From: Candidatus Poribacteria bacterium
GTDB taxonomy: Bacteria > Poribacteria > WGA-4E > UBA9662
DNA length: 27,084 nucleotides
Direction of reading: 5' to 3'
Assembly: GCA_036339735.1 (NCBI GenBank)
Contig: JAYZAL010000080.1
Span: 1 to 27,084 of the forward strand
Below are positions 1-9,284 of the stretch, piece after piece. The position numbers were made by a program, and so were the translations under genes. The notes below the pieces were generated by a model that saw only the letters and a program-made list of their open reading frames with translations, had not been told where the DNA came from and did no database searches. Position 1 is the first letter of the stretch. The number at the start of each line of letters is the position of its first letter.

Positions 1-310
1 TATTTGTTTTGCGAAACTTGCGTCCCCCAATTAACAAAAATCGTAAATAAGCAACTATTGGAAAATGTTTGACTTATATGAGATTTAAAACGGCATAGAT
101 ACAATCTGACATTACTGTTTTATTGACCGTTATCTTTTCCGCATTAATTAATATTATCAGTTTTTTGTACAACGTGTAATTTTAATTTTTTACGTAGTCA
201 TGCAAATTGTAAAACAGGACAAATTAGAACTAATTACCAACTAGTAAGATGTTATTAAGTCGTACAGTATTCTAGTTATATTATTGCATGCGATTCAAAA
301 GTTTAAATGT

Positions 311-339
311 TTGACAAAATTATTAAGCATCTTTAGTCT
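311..339 (+). promoter_or_regulatory. Putative sigma70 promoter upstream of the PhyH pseudogene
   Basis: TTGACA (311-316), 17-bp spacer, TAGTCT (334-339). The AT-rich context raises the chance of a random match. Confidence 0.45.
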
Positions 340-464
340 AGGAGAAGAATAAGATTGGAAAGAAGATAAAAAGCTGAAAATAGGAACCAATTTTTGAAAT
401 TTAGGTTAAAGCTTAATCAGTCGAATTAGCGACGACCAATAATACGAGATAGAGAGTTAAATCG

Positions 465-1354
465 ATGTCAGAGAAGCAATTAACAGACGAAAGTGTGTTC
501 ACCGAATTATGTGAAAAAGGCTTTTGTGTCTTATCTATGTACTTACCTCAGAACAGGTTACAGGTTCTTAGAAATGCAATTCGCCGTATTCATCCAACTT
601 GGTCAGATTTATCCCCCCCAATAAAATCCCACCTCTAGGTCAACTACCAACCGAAAATACTTTTCCCTCTCGAAGGATTAAATTTTCCTTTCCAAGAATC
701 TTGCTTTAATGAAGACGTCATAAATCCAGATATTATTACTCCTTCATGACGCTGGTTAGGAACAGAAAAAATCTGTATGAAAGGTAGTAGTTGCTCTGTT
801 CGATACCCTGATTTCATTGGTGGAAAAGGTCGGCATTTGGACGGCTTCTCACTATTGCCTAACCGGACTGCAGAGTGAGGCCACCATCAACTCAAGTTTT
901 GGTATTATTTGTTTGATATTGATATTGATATTGATATTGATATTGCAATGGCTCCAATCTCTTTCTGGCCAACCCGATGGACTGAAGAAGGCCCCCAGAT
1001 ATTCGGAGATGAACAAAAGTTATAAGGACAGCAGGTGCACTAATCGTGTTTTGCATCTCGACTTCCCATTCCAGAAACCATTTCACCAAAACTAATGGTG
1101 TGAGATATGTCTTTTCTGTATGTTGGGGGAGAAGTGATCATCATTGGGAAGGCCAATCAGACTATGTTATGGCTGGTAATGCTCCCACTTTTAACAACTT
1201 TATTGGCAACTTATCTCCAAAACATCGTGAACTTTTCCACTTCCCACTAGTCGGGCACCCGTATTATACTGAGCAAACGTAAAAGGACTTGGATAGAAAA
1301 TACTTCGGTTGGGATAAGACTGGCGAATACAGTCGTAGTCTAGATCGGCATTAA
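465..1354 (+). pseudogene. Phytanoyl-CoA dioxygenase (PhyH)-family Fe(II)/2-oxoglutarate dioxygenase pseudogene
   Basis: Manual translation from ATG 465 gives ..ELCEKGFCVL..FPF..RWLGTEKI..SVRYP..RHLDGFSLLP (HxD at 834-842)..FWYYLFDID..APISFWP. A frameshift near the A-run at ~1015 leads into AGALIVFCISTSHSR..VRY..WEG..RELFHFPLVGHPYYTEQT*KDLDRKYFGWD. In-frame stops lie at 636 (TAG), 747 (TGA), 876 (TGA) and 1280 (TAA), with the terminal TAA at 1352. Confidence 0.8.
915..944 (+). repeat. Hexanucleotide tandem repeat (GATATT)x5
   Basis: Directly visible; it encodes (DI)5 in the pseudogene frame. Confidence 0.95.
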
Positions 1355-1480
1355 GGTTTATATACTGAAATGTCAAACCGCTGTAGAATACAAGGCACAG
1401 ATGGTAGACAATTGCTTCGTTTGTAGCTCATCATTTTTACTATGGAGTACTAAGATGATTTGCCTACCGTGAATTAAAAC

Positions 1481-1590
1481 CGAGTCTCAAGAGTGAAGAG
1501 GTAATCTCTTGAGACTCGTTCACGCCCATTATGCAAGCATATGCAAATGGTTAGCGTAGGAAACCGACTCCTACGCTGGTAATTTTCTCT
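1481..1590 (+). terminator. Tandem stem-loops, terminator-like or structured RNA
   Basis: 13-bp inverted repeat CGAGTCTCAAGAG (1481-1493)/CTCTTGAGACTCG (1506-1518). A second inverted repeat, AGCGTAGGA (1553-1561)/TCCTACGCT (1569-1577), is followed by a pyrimidine-rich tract. Confidence 0.5.
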
Positions 1591-1827
1591 TCTGCCTGTT
1601 GTTTTGGCGCTGTTTTTCTGTTTTCGATTTTGGGATTTTTGTCAATAAATTAACAAAGTTAGTTGGTTTGAAATATGGTGATTGAGGTGATATTAGGCAG
1701 CCTTAGTAGGTTTTTTGATATTATTTCCATAAACTGCCATTAATCCGTGTTACGATGGGTATTTCGTCGGGTATCATTTACTGTTTTTTTCAAAACACGC
1801 AACAAAGCGATACTGAGGGGGCCGTTT

Positions 1828-2520
1828 GTGTCTGGGAAGATCCTAATAATCGATAGAGATATTGAAAATACAAAATCACTTGTTGATTGCTTTGAAACAG
1901 AACATTTCACTGTTAAGCTGGTAGATGATAGTCAGCAGGCCATGAACCATATTTTGTCATACCAGCCAGAAATTATTTTGTTGGATATCGAATTTCCTGA
2001 TACTAGTGGTTTAGATATTTTCAGGGCTATTCTATTAGATAAGCAGACAGAAAGCATACCCACTATCATACTAACAGCTAAGGCTGAGCCTATTGACCGA
2101 ATAGTTGGTTTAGAATTAGGGGCAGAAGATTATATTGCTAAACCTTTTGATACTCGAGAGGTCATCCTACGAACGAAAGGTGTCTTGCGGCGGCGCCGAA
2201 AGAGGGACCAGCCATCAGATCAAAGAATCAAACTGCATGGAATAGAAATTGATATAGGAAAACGGGAAGTTAATTTAGCTAACTCAACTATTAGTTTAAC
2301 TAACCCGGAATTTGAATTATTGGTTTACTTAGCAAAGTTCCCAGGTCGTGTCTTTAGCCGAAATGACTTAATGTACCGACTATGGGGTTACAGACCAGCT
2401 TACCAAAGCCGATCTATTGACTCACATCTCAGCCGACTTAAGAAGAAATTAGGTCGGCTTGGTCAGTGTATACAAACTGTCAGAGGAGTTGGCTATCGGT
2501 TCCAGCCTGACGCAGGTTAA
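1828..2520 (+). CDS. OmpR/PhoB-family response regulator (orphan in this window)
   Basis: Receiver domain (LLDIEFP, ILTAK, GAEDYIAKPF) plus winged helix (SRSIDSHLSRLKKKL, TVRGVGYRF). Start moved to GTG 1828 behind a GAGGGG RBS. Confidence 0.92.
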   Translation: MSGKILIIDRDIENTKSLVDCFETEHFTVKLVDDSQQAMNHILSYQPEIILLDIEFPDTSGLDIFRAILLDKQTESIPTIILTAKAEPIDRIVGLELGAEDYIAKPFDTREVILRTKGVLRRRRKRDQPSDQRIKLHGIEIDIGKREVNLANSTISLTNPEFELLVYLAKFPGRVFSRNDLMYRLWGYRPAYQSRSIDSHLSRLKKKLGRLGQCIQTVRGVGYRFQPDAG

Positions 2521-2581
2521 AAGTCAACATTATGCAAAAACTCCCCGCCCCCAAATCATTGTCTTATTCTCAAGATAATCA

Positions 2582-3358
2582 TCAATAATCCCGAAAATTC
2601 CACTGATTAGACCTGTATTTCTTTTCTAATTCAAAGGCTGATTTGGTCTCATTTGTTGACAGTTCACTCGGAATCATATCTTGACCGATTCCGTCCTTCA
2701 AGCCGATTAAAATTGCTTTTTCAACCTGATTCCGAGATAAGCTGGGGGTTAGTTGCGAATTCAATTCGGTAGAATTATTAGCTAATAATCTGGCAACTTT
2801 TGGCTCTCTAGAAATAAGTGGTTGTATAATCTCCGAAGGCGAATCGAGGGCCAAATAGCCTTGATACAAAGTCGCATTTTTACTACGCCTTTGGGCTATG
2901 CCCATTACTTTTTTACCATTAATCATCACATCGTACTTGACCGGATTTATTAAACAAATATTTAGTTTTTTCGATATTGCTGATATCTTTGAGCAATAGG
3001 CTTCAACTCCTATTTTATTTAATCCATTCACAATATACTCACTAATTGCTTGGTGAGCAGATGAGATCCCATCAGGCAAATAGCCCCAGCCTTTAGGAAT
3101 GGTCAACGAGAAAGTAACATCTCGACTATGGATAACAGTTCCACCACCAGTTATTCGTCGAACTAACTCAATCTTACGTTTTTGGCAAGCGGAGATGTCA
3201 ATGATTTCGTTAATTTTCTGGAAATATCCGAAACTAAAAGCAGGTCTAGACCATTGATATAAACGTAGTGTGGGAACGACAAGAAGTTGACGAAAAACAG
3301 ATTCGTCCATAGCCATGTTGACATATGCACTTTTGAATCCAGTTTTGAGTAAACGCAT
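2582..3358 (-). CDS. Lipoate-protein ligase A / octanoyltransferase LipM-like protein
   Basis: NMAMDE, PTLRLYQW, SFGYFQ, VRRITGGGTVIH and GKKVMGIAQRR motifs; adjacent to lipA. Start trimmed to ATG 3358 to remove the overlap with lipA. Confidence 0.88.
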   Translation of the reverse strand: MRLLKTGFKSAYVNMAMDESVFRQLLVVPTLRLYQWSRPAFSFGYFQKINEIIDISACQKRKIELVRRITGGGTVIHSRDVTFSLTIPKGWGYLPDGISSAHQAISEYIVNGLNKIGVEAYCSKISAISKKLNICLINPVKYDVMINGKKVMGIAQRRSKNATLYQGYLALDSPSEIIQPLISREPKVARLLANNSTELNSQLTPSLSRNQVEKAILIGLKDGIGQDMIPSELSTNETKSAFELEKKYRSNQWNFRDY

Positions 3359-3404
3359 TAGTTGGATCAGTAAAAAAGCAAAAGGAACGGAAACTAAATT
3401 TCTT

Positions 3405-4328
3405 TCAGGCGACCGGTGGTATATGTTTTCTGGCGTGGTACGAACTACGAACCATAGGACCTGACTCAACATGAGCAAATCCGAGGTTGATGGCTTCCTC
3501 TTCTAATTGACTAAATTCGTCAGGTGTATAATATCGTTGGAGATTCAAATGTTTTTTTGAGGGGGGTAAGTATTGACCAATTGTCAAGATATCACAACAC
3601 GTTTCCCGGATATCCATCATTGCTTTTCTCAATTCATCAAAGGTCTCACCAAGTCCTACCATCAAACCTGTTTTTGTAAGTAAATCAGGAGCTAACTTTT
3701 TTGCTTCTACTAACAGGTCCAACGACCTTTGGTAAATAGACCGTGGCCGACAACGTTTGTAGAGTCTAGAAACAGTTTCCATATTATGGTTTAACACGTT
3801 GGGTTTAGCCGAAACAATTTTGGCTAAGGCTAGCCAATCACCTTGTAGGTCAGGAATTAGTACCTCGATTGTGCAAAAAGGTCTTTGTTTTTGACAACTC
3901 TTAATGCATTCCGAAAATATGCCCGCTCCCCCATCTGTCAAATCATCACGATTAACTGAAGTAATAACCACATGATTTAGTTCTAAGTGCCGAACAGCCT
4001 GCCCTAGTCGGTATGGTTCATCTGGATCAACTTGGCCAGGCCTTCCTTTCTTGACCGCACAATACATACATCTTCGAGTGCAAACATCCCCTAAAATCAT
4101 GAATGTAGCTGTCCGGTCATTCCAGCATTCACCAATATTTGGGCACTGGGCTTCTTCACAAACCGTATTCAGATTCAAATCTTTCATCAACATTTTTAGG
4201 TGTTGATAATTTTGTCCGGCGGGTAATTTAGCTCTGATCCATTTGGGGTGACGTCTGTACAGTCGGCTAGATTTAACCATTTTCAGTGAGTCAAGACTAA
4301 TCTGATTTGAATGACTTGAAATCGACAT
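3405..4328 (-). CDS. lipA: Lipoyl synthase (radical SAM)
   Basis: CX4CX5C (CEEAQCPNIGEC), CX3CX2C (CTRRCMYC), NHNMETV and VRSSYHA motifs. Confidence 0.97.
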   Translation of the reverse strand: MSISSHSNQISLDSLKMVKSSRLYRRHPKWIRAKLPAGQNYQHLKMLMKDLNLNTVCEEAQCPNIGECWNDRTATFMILGDVCTRRCMYCAVKKGRPGQVDPDEPYRLGQAVRHLELNHVVITSVNRDDLTDGGAGIFSECIKSCQKQRPFCTIEVLIPDLQGDWLALAKIVSAKPNVLNHNMETVSRLYKRCRPRSIYQRSLDLLVEAKKLAPDLLTKTGLMVGLGETFDELRKAMMDIRETCCDILTIGQYLPPSKKHLNLQRYYTPDEFSQLEEEAINLGFAHVESGPMVRSSYHARKHIPPVA

Positions 4329-4374
4329 ATAGGTAACTTACGAAAATAAGTATGAAACTTTCATTAACTTTTTG

Positions 4375-4863
4375 TTAAAAACCACTGTCCCATCGACAAT
4401 CTAGACAAAATAAAATTCCTTTACCCAAAGATTTTACCTTCCCTTGACACTGAGGGCAAATATTGATTTCTTTGATCTTAGTAGTAGCAATATTTCTCCG
4501 GCCCTTTCCTTGAATCAAAAAGCAATCGCAATTATAGATATGATGACTACATAGCTGACAGCGATAGATTAAATCGACATTCAAATCAATTCCGTTTGGC
4601 TTAATACTTTCCTCAAGTTGGTACATCGCCATATTTGGTCGTATAAGTCTACTTGTTCCAACATGATCGATAGCCACAGCATCACCATCATCAAGCCGTT
4701 TTTCTTGATAAATGGCTAACTGATCAATATAAAAAAAAGGCCTCTTCCCTAGGTCTCCAATATCTTTGAGCGTTGCACTAGTTTTCTTAATTGCTAGCAT
4801 AACAAAAACATTTCTTCCTGTTAATAAGCTAACAGGAGAAAATCCATCCGAGAAATTTATCAA
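4375..4863 (-). CDS. Hypothetical Cys-rich protein with a probable C-terminal zinc ribbon
   Basis: 162-aa co-oriented ORF filling the gap; CQLC, CDC, CPQC and CLDCRWDS. Start codon uncertain. Confidence 0.65.
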   Translation of the reverse strand: MINFSDGFSPVSLLTGRNVFVMLAIKKTSATLKDIGDLGKRPFFYIDQLAIYQEKRLDDGDAVAIDHVGTSRLIRPNMAMYQLEESIKPNGIDLNVDLIYRCQLCSHHIYNCDCFLIQGKGRRNIATTKIKEINICPQCQGKVKSLGKGILFCLDCRWDSGF

Positions 4864-4947
4864 AGTCGATCCCCAATTTTAAAGAGTATGCATGTTCATG
4901 TTGATTATTGGTACCTACTATTTTTACTCATAGCTTACTGTGGTAAT

Positions 4948-5634
4948 TCACTGGTAACGGTAACCGATACCATGTACAGTCTGAATGTGCTTGCCTTCAG
5001 CACCTAGCTTATGCCGTAATCGGTTGATATGGGTGTCAACCGTACGGCGACTAGATCTTGGTGTATCGGGTGGAAGTATTTGCTCCAACAATGTTTCTCG
5101 AGCAAACACCCGATTCGGTGATTTCACTAAGCAGATCAGAAGATTGAATTCGGTTTTGGTTAAACTTACTTCATCTCCAGCACAAAAAACTTGCCGCTTA
5201 GATGAATCGATTTTTAGCTGATCCAAGAAAATTTTTTCTTCAACTAACTGGTTGAGAAAACCATTACTGCGCCGATGGACAGCTCGGCACCGCAGGACCA
5301 CCTCTCTCGCAGTGAACGGTTTCTCAATATAATCGTCAACACCTAACTCTAAAGCAACAATTCGATCTTCCACGGAGGCTTGCTCTGAAATGATGATGGT
5401 AGGAATATGTCTAGTCCGATGATGCCGAGACATAATGCGAAATAGTTCTAATCCATCCATTGTTGGCAAAACGACATCGAATAGAATGACATCAGGGATT
5501 GTCTCTAGAATATAGTTTATGGCATCAGATCCATCTTGAATACATTTGACCGAAAAATTTGCCAGCTCGAGCAGATGCTTTAGCTGCTTTTGAGTATCAA
5601 TTTCATTATCTACAATTAAGATTCTTGGTTTCAT
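4948..5634 (-). CDS. OmpR/PhoB-family response regulator (orphan in this window)
   Basis: ILIVDNE, LFDVVLP, GVDDYIEKPF, RTVDTHINRLRHKL and TVHGIGY motifs. Start trimmed to MKPRIL (ATG 5634). Confidence 0.92.
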   Translation of the reverse strand: MKPRILIVDNEIDTQKQLKHLLELANFSVKCIQDGSDAINYILETIPDVILFDVVLPTMDGLELFRIMSRHHRTRHIPTIIISEQASVEDRIVALELGVDDYIEKPFTAREVVLRCRAVHRRSNGFLNQLVEEKIFLDQLKIDSSKRQVFCAGDEVSLTKTEFNLLICLVKSPNRVFARETLLEQILPPDTPRSSRRTVDTHINRLRHKLGAEGKHIQTVHGIGYRYQ

Positions 5635-5677
5635 TATATCTACCCGATTTATTAATGCCGACATTCTACGTTGAATA

Positions 5678-5727
5678 AACAAAACATAAAGGCGAAACTA
5701 GCAACAATCATAATTCTGGTTTCGCCT
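5678..5727 (-). terminator. Intrinsic terminator downstream of flavodoxin
   Basis: Inverted repeat AGGCGAAACTAG (5690-5701)/CTGGTTTCGCCT (5716-5727), followed on the minus strand by TTATGTTTTGTTT. Confidence 0.7.
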
Positions 5728-5745
5728 CCAATACTAAGAGTCAGA

Positions 5746-6273
5746 TTACTCAAAATCGACTATTGCATCAGAAACGAGGTCTAACCAGGTTTCTAATCGT
5801 TCCTCTGTTAACTCATCTTGGTTATCCTCATCAATACCAAGCCCATAAAAATAATCACCATCATCTGTTAGCGCTAGCGATTCATCAAAATCGTAACCGT
5901 CGATTGGCCATTTCCCTACAATGGTGCCACCGTTGTTAATGACAATTTTAGCAATAATGCCAACTGCATCCAAAAAATTATCTGCGTATCCAACTTGGTC
6001 ACCCAAGCCAAACATCGCAACACATTTACCCGTAAAATTGACTGTTTCAAACTCTTCTAGAAAATCTTCCCAATCTTCTTGCAACTGACCAATATACCAG
6101 GTTGGACAGGACAAAATAACGTATTTGTATTCGTCAAAATCGGACGCTGATATACCATCTCCAACATCATGAGTATCCACCAAGTCTGCACCCAAAGTAT
6201 CCAAAATCTTGTGGACGATTTCTTCTGTGTTTCCAGTATTCGAGCCATAAAACAGGCCAATCGTGTCTTTCAT
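5746..6273 (-). CDS. fldA: Long-chain flavodoxin
   Basis: FYGSNTGNTE FMN loop, PTWYIG, FGLGDQVGYADNFLDA, GYDFDES, GLGIDEDNQ; very acidic protein. Confidence 0.95.
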   Translation of the reverse strand: MKDTIGLFYGSNTGNTEEIVHKILDTLGADLVDTHDVGDGISASDFDEYKYVILSCPTWYIGQLQEDWEDFLEEFETVNFTGKCVAMFGLGDQVGYADNFLDAVGIIAKIVINNGGTIVGKWPIDGYDFDESLALTDDGDYFYGLGIDEDNQDELTEERLETWLDLVSDAIVDFE

Positions 6274-6529
6274 TAAAATATTTGCGTCGGGAAACTACAG
6301 CTTCAGATGTTTCCCAACCACATCTCCTTATATAAAATAAATATTGGACACCAATACAAATTACTTGCTATTGCGATAAAGAGATTTGATCACAAAATAT
6401 AATAGACATGAAAAATCGCTGTATCTAAATTCAACAACTTACCCCTAGTTGTAGTTGGTATTCTCGCTGAGCTAAGAAACCAACACGGATGAAATAGATA
6501 ACAATATATTTTCTCTCAATTTATGGAGC

Positions 6530-9244
6530 TTAAACTTTAGTAGGATCTGGTTTTTCAAGGTCAATTTTTAGTTCAGATATAGCCGTTTGGACTAAATCCT
6601 GAGAAATCTGTTCCTTTTTTAACAGTAGAGTCAAAGCGGCTAATACGATGTGTTTCGCATCAACTTGAAAGAAATCCCGCAAGCGAGCCCGGTCTTCACT
6701 TCGCCCAAAACCATCTGTACCAAGAACGGTCGCATCCAAGCACAACCATTTCAATATTGAGTTAGGAACGGCCTTCACATAATCAGAAGCAAATACGACC
6801 ACACCATTTTCGTTTTGGAAACAGCGAGTTAGATAAGGCACTTGTTGCTCCTGATCGGTGGCAACATTTAGTAAATTCCATTGATCAACTTCGATACCAT
6901 CATTGTAAATTGCCTTATAGCTAGTAATACTCCAGACATCAACAGAAATATCATATGGTTTATCCCTTAAAATCTCCATTGCCTGGAGAACTTCGTTTAG
7001 GATGGCACCACTACCACACAAGTGGACCTTTAGTCCTTCCTTCTTTTTTGAGTTTCCTTTCTTGATTTTGTACAACCCCTTGGTAATACCATCCTCAATC
7101 GAGTCATAAGCCGAACAAGGTACGTCTTCATACTTGGGCTGAGGCAACATCTGATAGTTTTCGTTTCCAAGAGTCATATAGTAAAAAATACTTTCATTCC
7201 TACGATACATCCGATCAATACCATCAGAGATAATGGTAGCTATTTCATAGTGAAAAGCAGGATCATATGCTAAAAGGTTAGGTACTGATAGTGCAGCTAA
7301 ATGGCTATGACCATCTTGGTGTTGAAGTCCTTCTCCATTCAATGTAGTACGCCCGGCTGTTCCACCCAATAAAAAGCCTCGACACCTCATATCCGCTGCT
7401 GCCCAGATTAAATCTCCGACCCTTTGGAAACCAAACATTGAATAATAAATAAAAAATGGAATTGTGTTGATCCCGTGGTTGGCATAAGCAGTACCAGCAG
7501 CAATGAAGGAAGACATAGCACCAGCTTCACTAATTCCTTCCTGCAAAATCTGCCCGTCAGTAGCCTCATTGTAGGCTTGCATGGTTCCGACATCAACTGG
7601 TGTATATTTTTGGCTTACACTCGAATATATTTTTTTCGATTTGTATAGGGACTGCATTCCAAATGTTTGGCCTTCATCTGGAACAATCGGCACAATGTAT
7701 TGTCCAATTTTCTTATCGTTTAGCAAACACGACTGTAGAAAGTAGACGAAGGCCCTCGTCGTAGACCAGCTTTTATTATCAATTGACCGAAACCTCTTAG
7801 AAAAAATATCTTCAGGAAGAGGGGGGAGCGGCTGAGCTAGATTCTCGCGCTTGGGCAAATAACCACCCAATTTTTGTCTCCGAGACTTGAGATATAATAT
7901 CTCGTCGCTATCCGCAGAAGGACAATAGAATTCGGCATTTTCGGCTGCTTCTATAGAAATGGGAATTCTAAATTTATCCCTAAAGGCAACTCGTCCCTTT
8001 TTGTCCATATTTTTAATTTGGTGTGCTGTGTTGGCTGCTTCTATATCTTCTCCTAGACCGAATCCTTTGATAGTCTGAGCCAAAATGACAGTTGGTTTAT
8101 CTGAGTTGACCGCTTTTTGATAAGCATTATAAATTTTCTGAATATCATGTCCTCCTCTCCTTAGTTTCGCAATCTGTTCTGTAGAAAGTCCGACAATTAA
8201 TTCCTTGAGTTCTGGACTATTGAAAAAAGCGTCGCGGATATATTCGCCACCCTTGACTGCGTATTCTTGCATGTGTCCGTCAACTAAATCTTCCATTCTT
8301 TTGACAAGCAATCCGTCAATATCCTTACTAAACAAAGGGTCCCAATCTTCTCCCCAAATAACTTTAATCACATTCCAACCGGCCCCACGGAAGATGGCCT
8401 CTAATTCTTGGATGATTTTGCCATTACCTCGAACGGGTCCATCAAGCCTTTGCAAATTACAATTGACCACAAAAATTAAATTATCTAGCCCTTCACGAGC
8501 TGCCAGTGTAATAGCACCCAAAGTTTCTGGTTCATCCGCTTCGCCATCCCCCAAAAAGGCCCAAACTTTACCACCTTTCTTGGTTTTGATACCTCGATTT
8601 TCTAAATACCGAATAAATCGAGCATGATAAATTGACATGATTGGCCCTAAGCCCATAGAAACAGTTGGATATTGCCAAAAATGTGGCATCAACCAGGGGT
8701 GAGGGTAAGACGATAGACCACCACCAATTGCTAATTCCCTCCGGAAATTAATCAGATTTTCTTTCGTGAGTCGTCCTTCGAGAAAGGCTCTGGAGTATAT
8801 TCCAGGGGAAGCATGTCCCTGAAAATAAACTTGATCTCCATCTTGTTCATCATTAGCCCCACGAAAGAAATGATTAAATCCTACCTCGTACAAGTGAGCA
8901 GCAGAAGCGTAAGTTGCAATATGACCACCTACACCTTTGTTGCTCTCTGCATCATCAGCACGACCAGCTTGAAGTACCATGGAAAGAGCATTCCAACGGA
9001 CAATATTTCGAATACTTCTTTCAATTTCGATATCACCTGGGTATGGAATTTCTTCCTCGATAGATATTGTATTGACATAGGGAGTATTAGCATTGAATGG
9101 GAACTCAACTCCTTGAGTAATACAGTGGTCCTTCAGCCTTTCCAGTAGTTTGCTAACATCTTTGGAGTTATAATCAGCTAGTATCCAGTTGATACTATCA
9201 ATCCATTCTTTTAGCTCTATTTGTGGAATCAACTTTGCACTCAT
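6530..9244 (-). CDS. aceE: Pyruvate dehydrogenase E1, homodimeric type
   Basis: GGHIATYAS, QGHASPG, TPP motif GDGE..NCNLQRLDG, YYSMFGFQR, GEGLQHQDG and LGTDGFGRS. Confidence 0.97.
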   Translation of the reverse strand: MSAKLIPQIELKEWIDSINWILADYNSKDVSKLLERLKDHCITQGVEFPFNANTPYVNTISIEEEIPYPGDIEIERSIRNIVRWNALSMVLQAGRADDAESNKGVGGHIATYASAAHLYEVGFNHFFRGANDEQDGDQVYFQGHASPGIYSRAFLEGRLTKENLINFRRELAIGGGLSSYPHPWLMPHFWQYPTVSMGLGPIMSIYHARFIRYLENRGIKTKKGGKVWAFLGDGEADEPETLGAITLAAREGLDNLIFVVNCNLQRLDGPVRGNGKIIQELEAIFRGAGWNVIKVIWGEDWDPLFSKDIDGLLVKRMEDLVDGHMQEYAVKGGEYIRDAFFNSPELKELIVGLSTEQIAKLRRGGHDIQKIYNAYQKAVNSDKPTVILAQTIKGFGLGEDIEAANTAHQIKNMDKKGRVAFRDKFRIPISIEAAENAEFYCPSADSDEILYLKSRRQKLGGYLPKRENLAQPLPPLPEDIFSKRFRSIDNKSWSTTRAFVYFLQSCLLNDKKIGQYIVPIVPDEGQTFGMQSLYKSKKIYSSVSQKYTPVDVGTMQAYNEATDGQILQEGISEAGAMSSFIAAGTAYANHGINTIPFFIYYSMFGFQRVGDLIWAAADMRCRGFLLGGTAGRTTLNGEGLQHQDGHSHLAALSVPNLLAYDPAFHYEIATIISDGIDRMYRRNESIFYYMTLGNENYQMLPQPKYEDVPCSAYDSIEDGITKGLYKIKKGNSKKKEGLKVHLCGSGAILNEVLQAMEILRDKPYDISVDVWSITSYKAIYNDGIEVDQWNLLNVATDQEQQVPYLTRCFQNENGVVVFASDYVKAVPNSILKWLCLDATVLGTDGFGRSEDRARLRDFFQVDAKHIVLAALTLLLKKEQISQDLVQTAISELKIDLEKPDPTKV

Positions 9245-9284
9245 TGTTTTTATCCTTGTTTTTGCTGATTCAGGTTTTGAATTT

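Noticed and set aside
817-1095. ORFs 817-1095 (+) and 892-1089 (-) with ILILIL/QYQYQY runs
   Set aside because: These are alternative frames of the GATATT repeat within the pseudogene.
465-1354. Stop-codon reassignment or selenocysteine read-through in the PhyH-like gene
   Set aside because: All three stop types plus a frameshift occur, and neighbouring genes end normally at TGA, TAG and TAA, so simple decay explains it.
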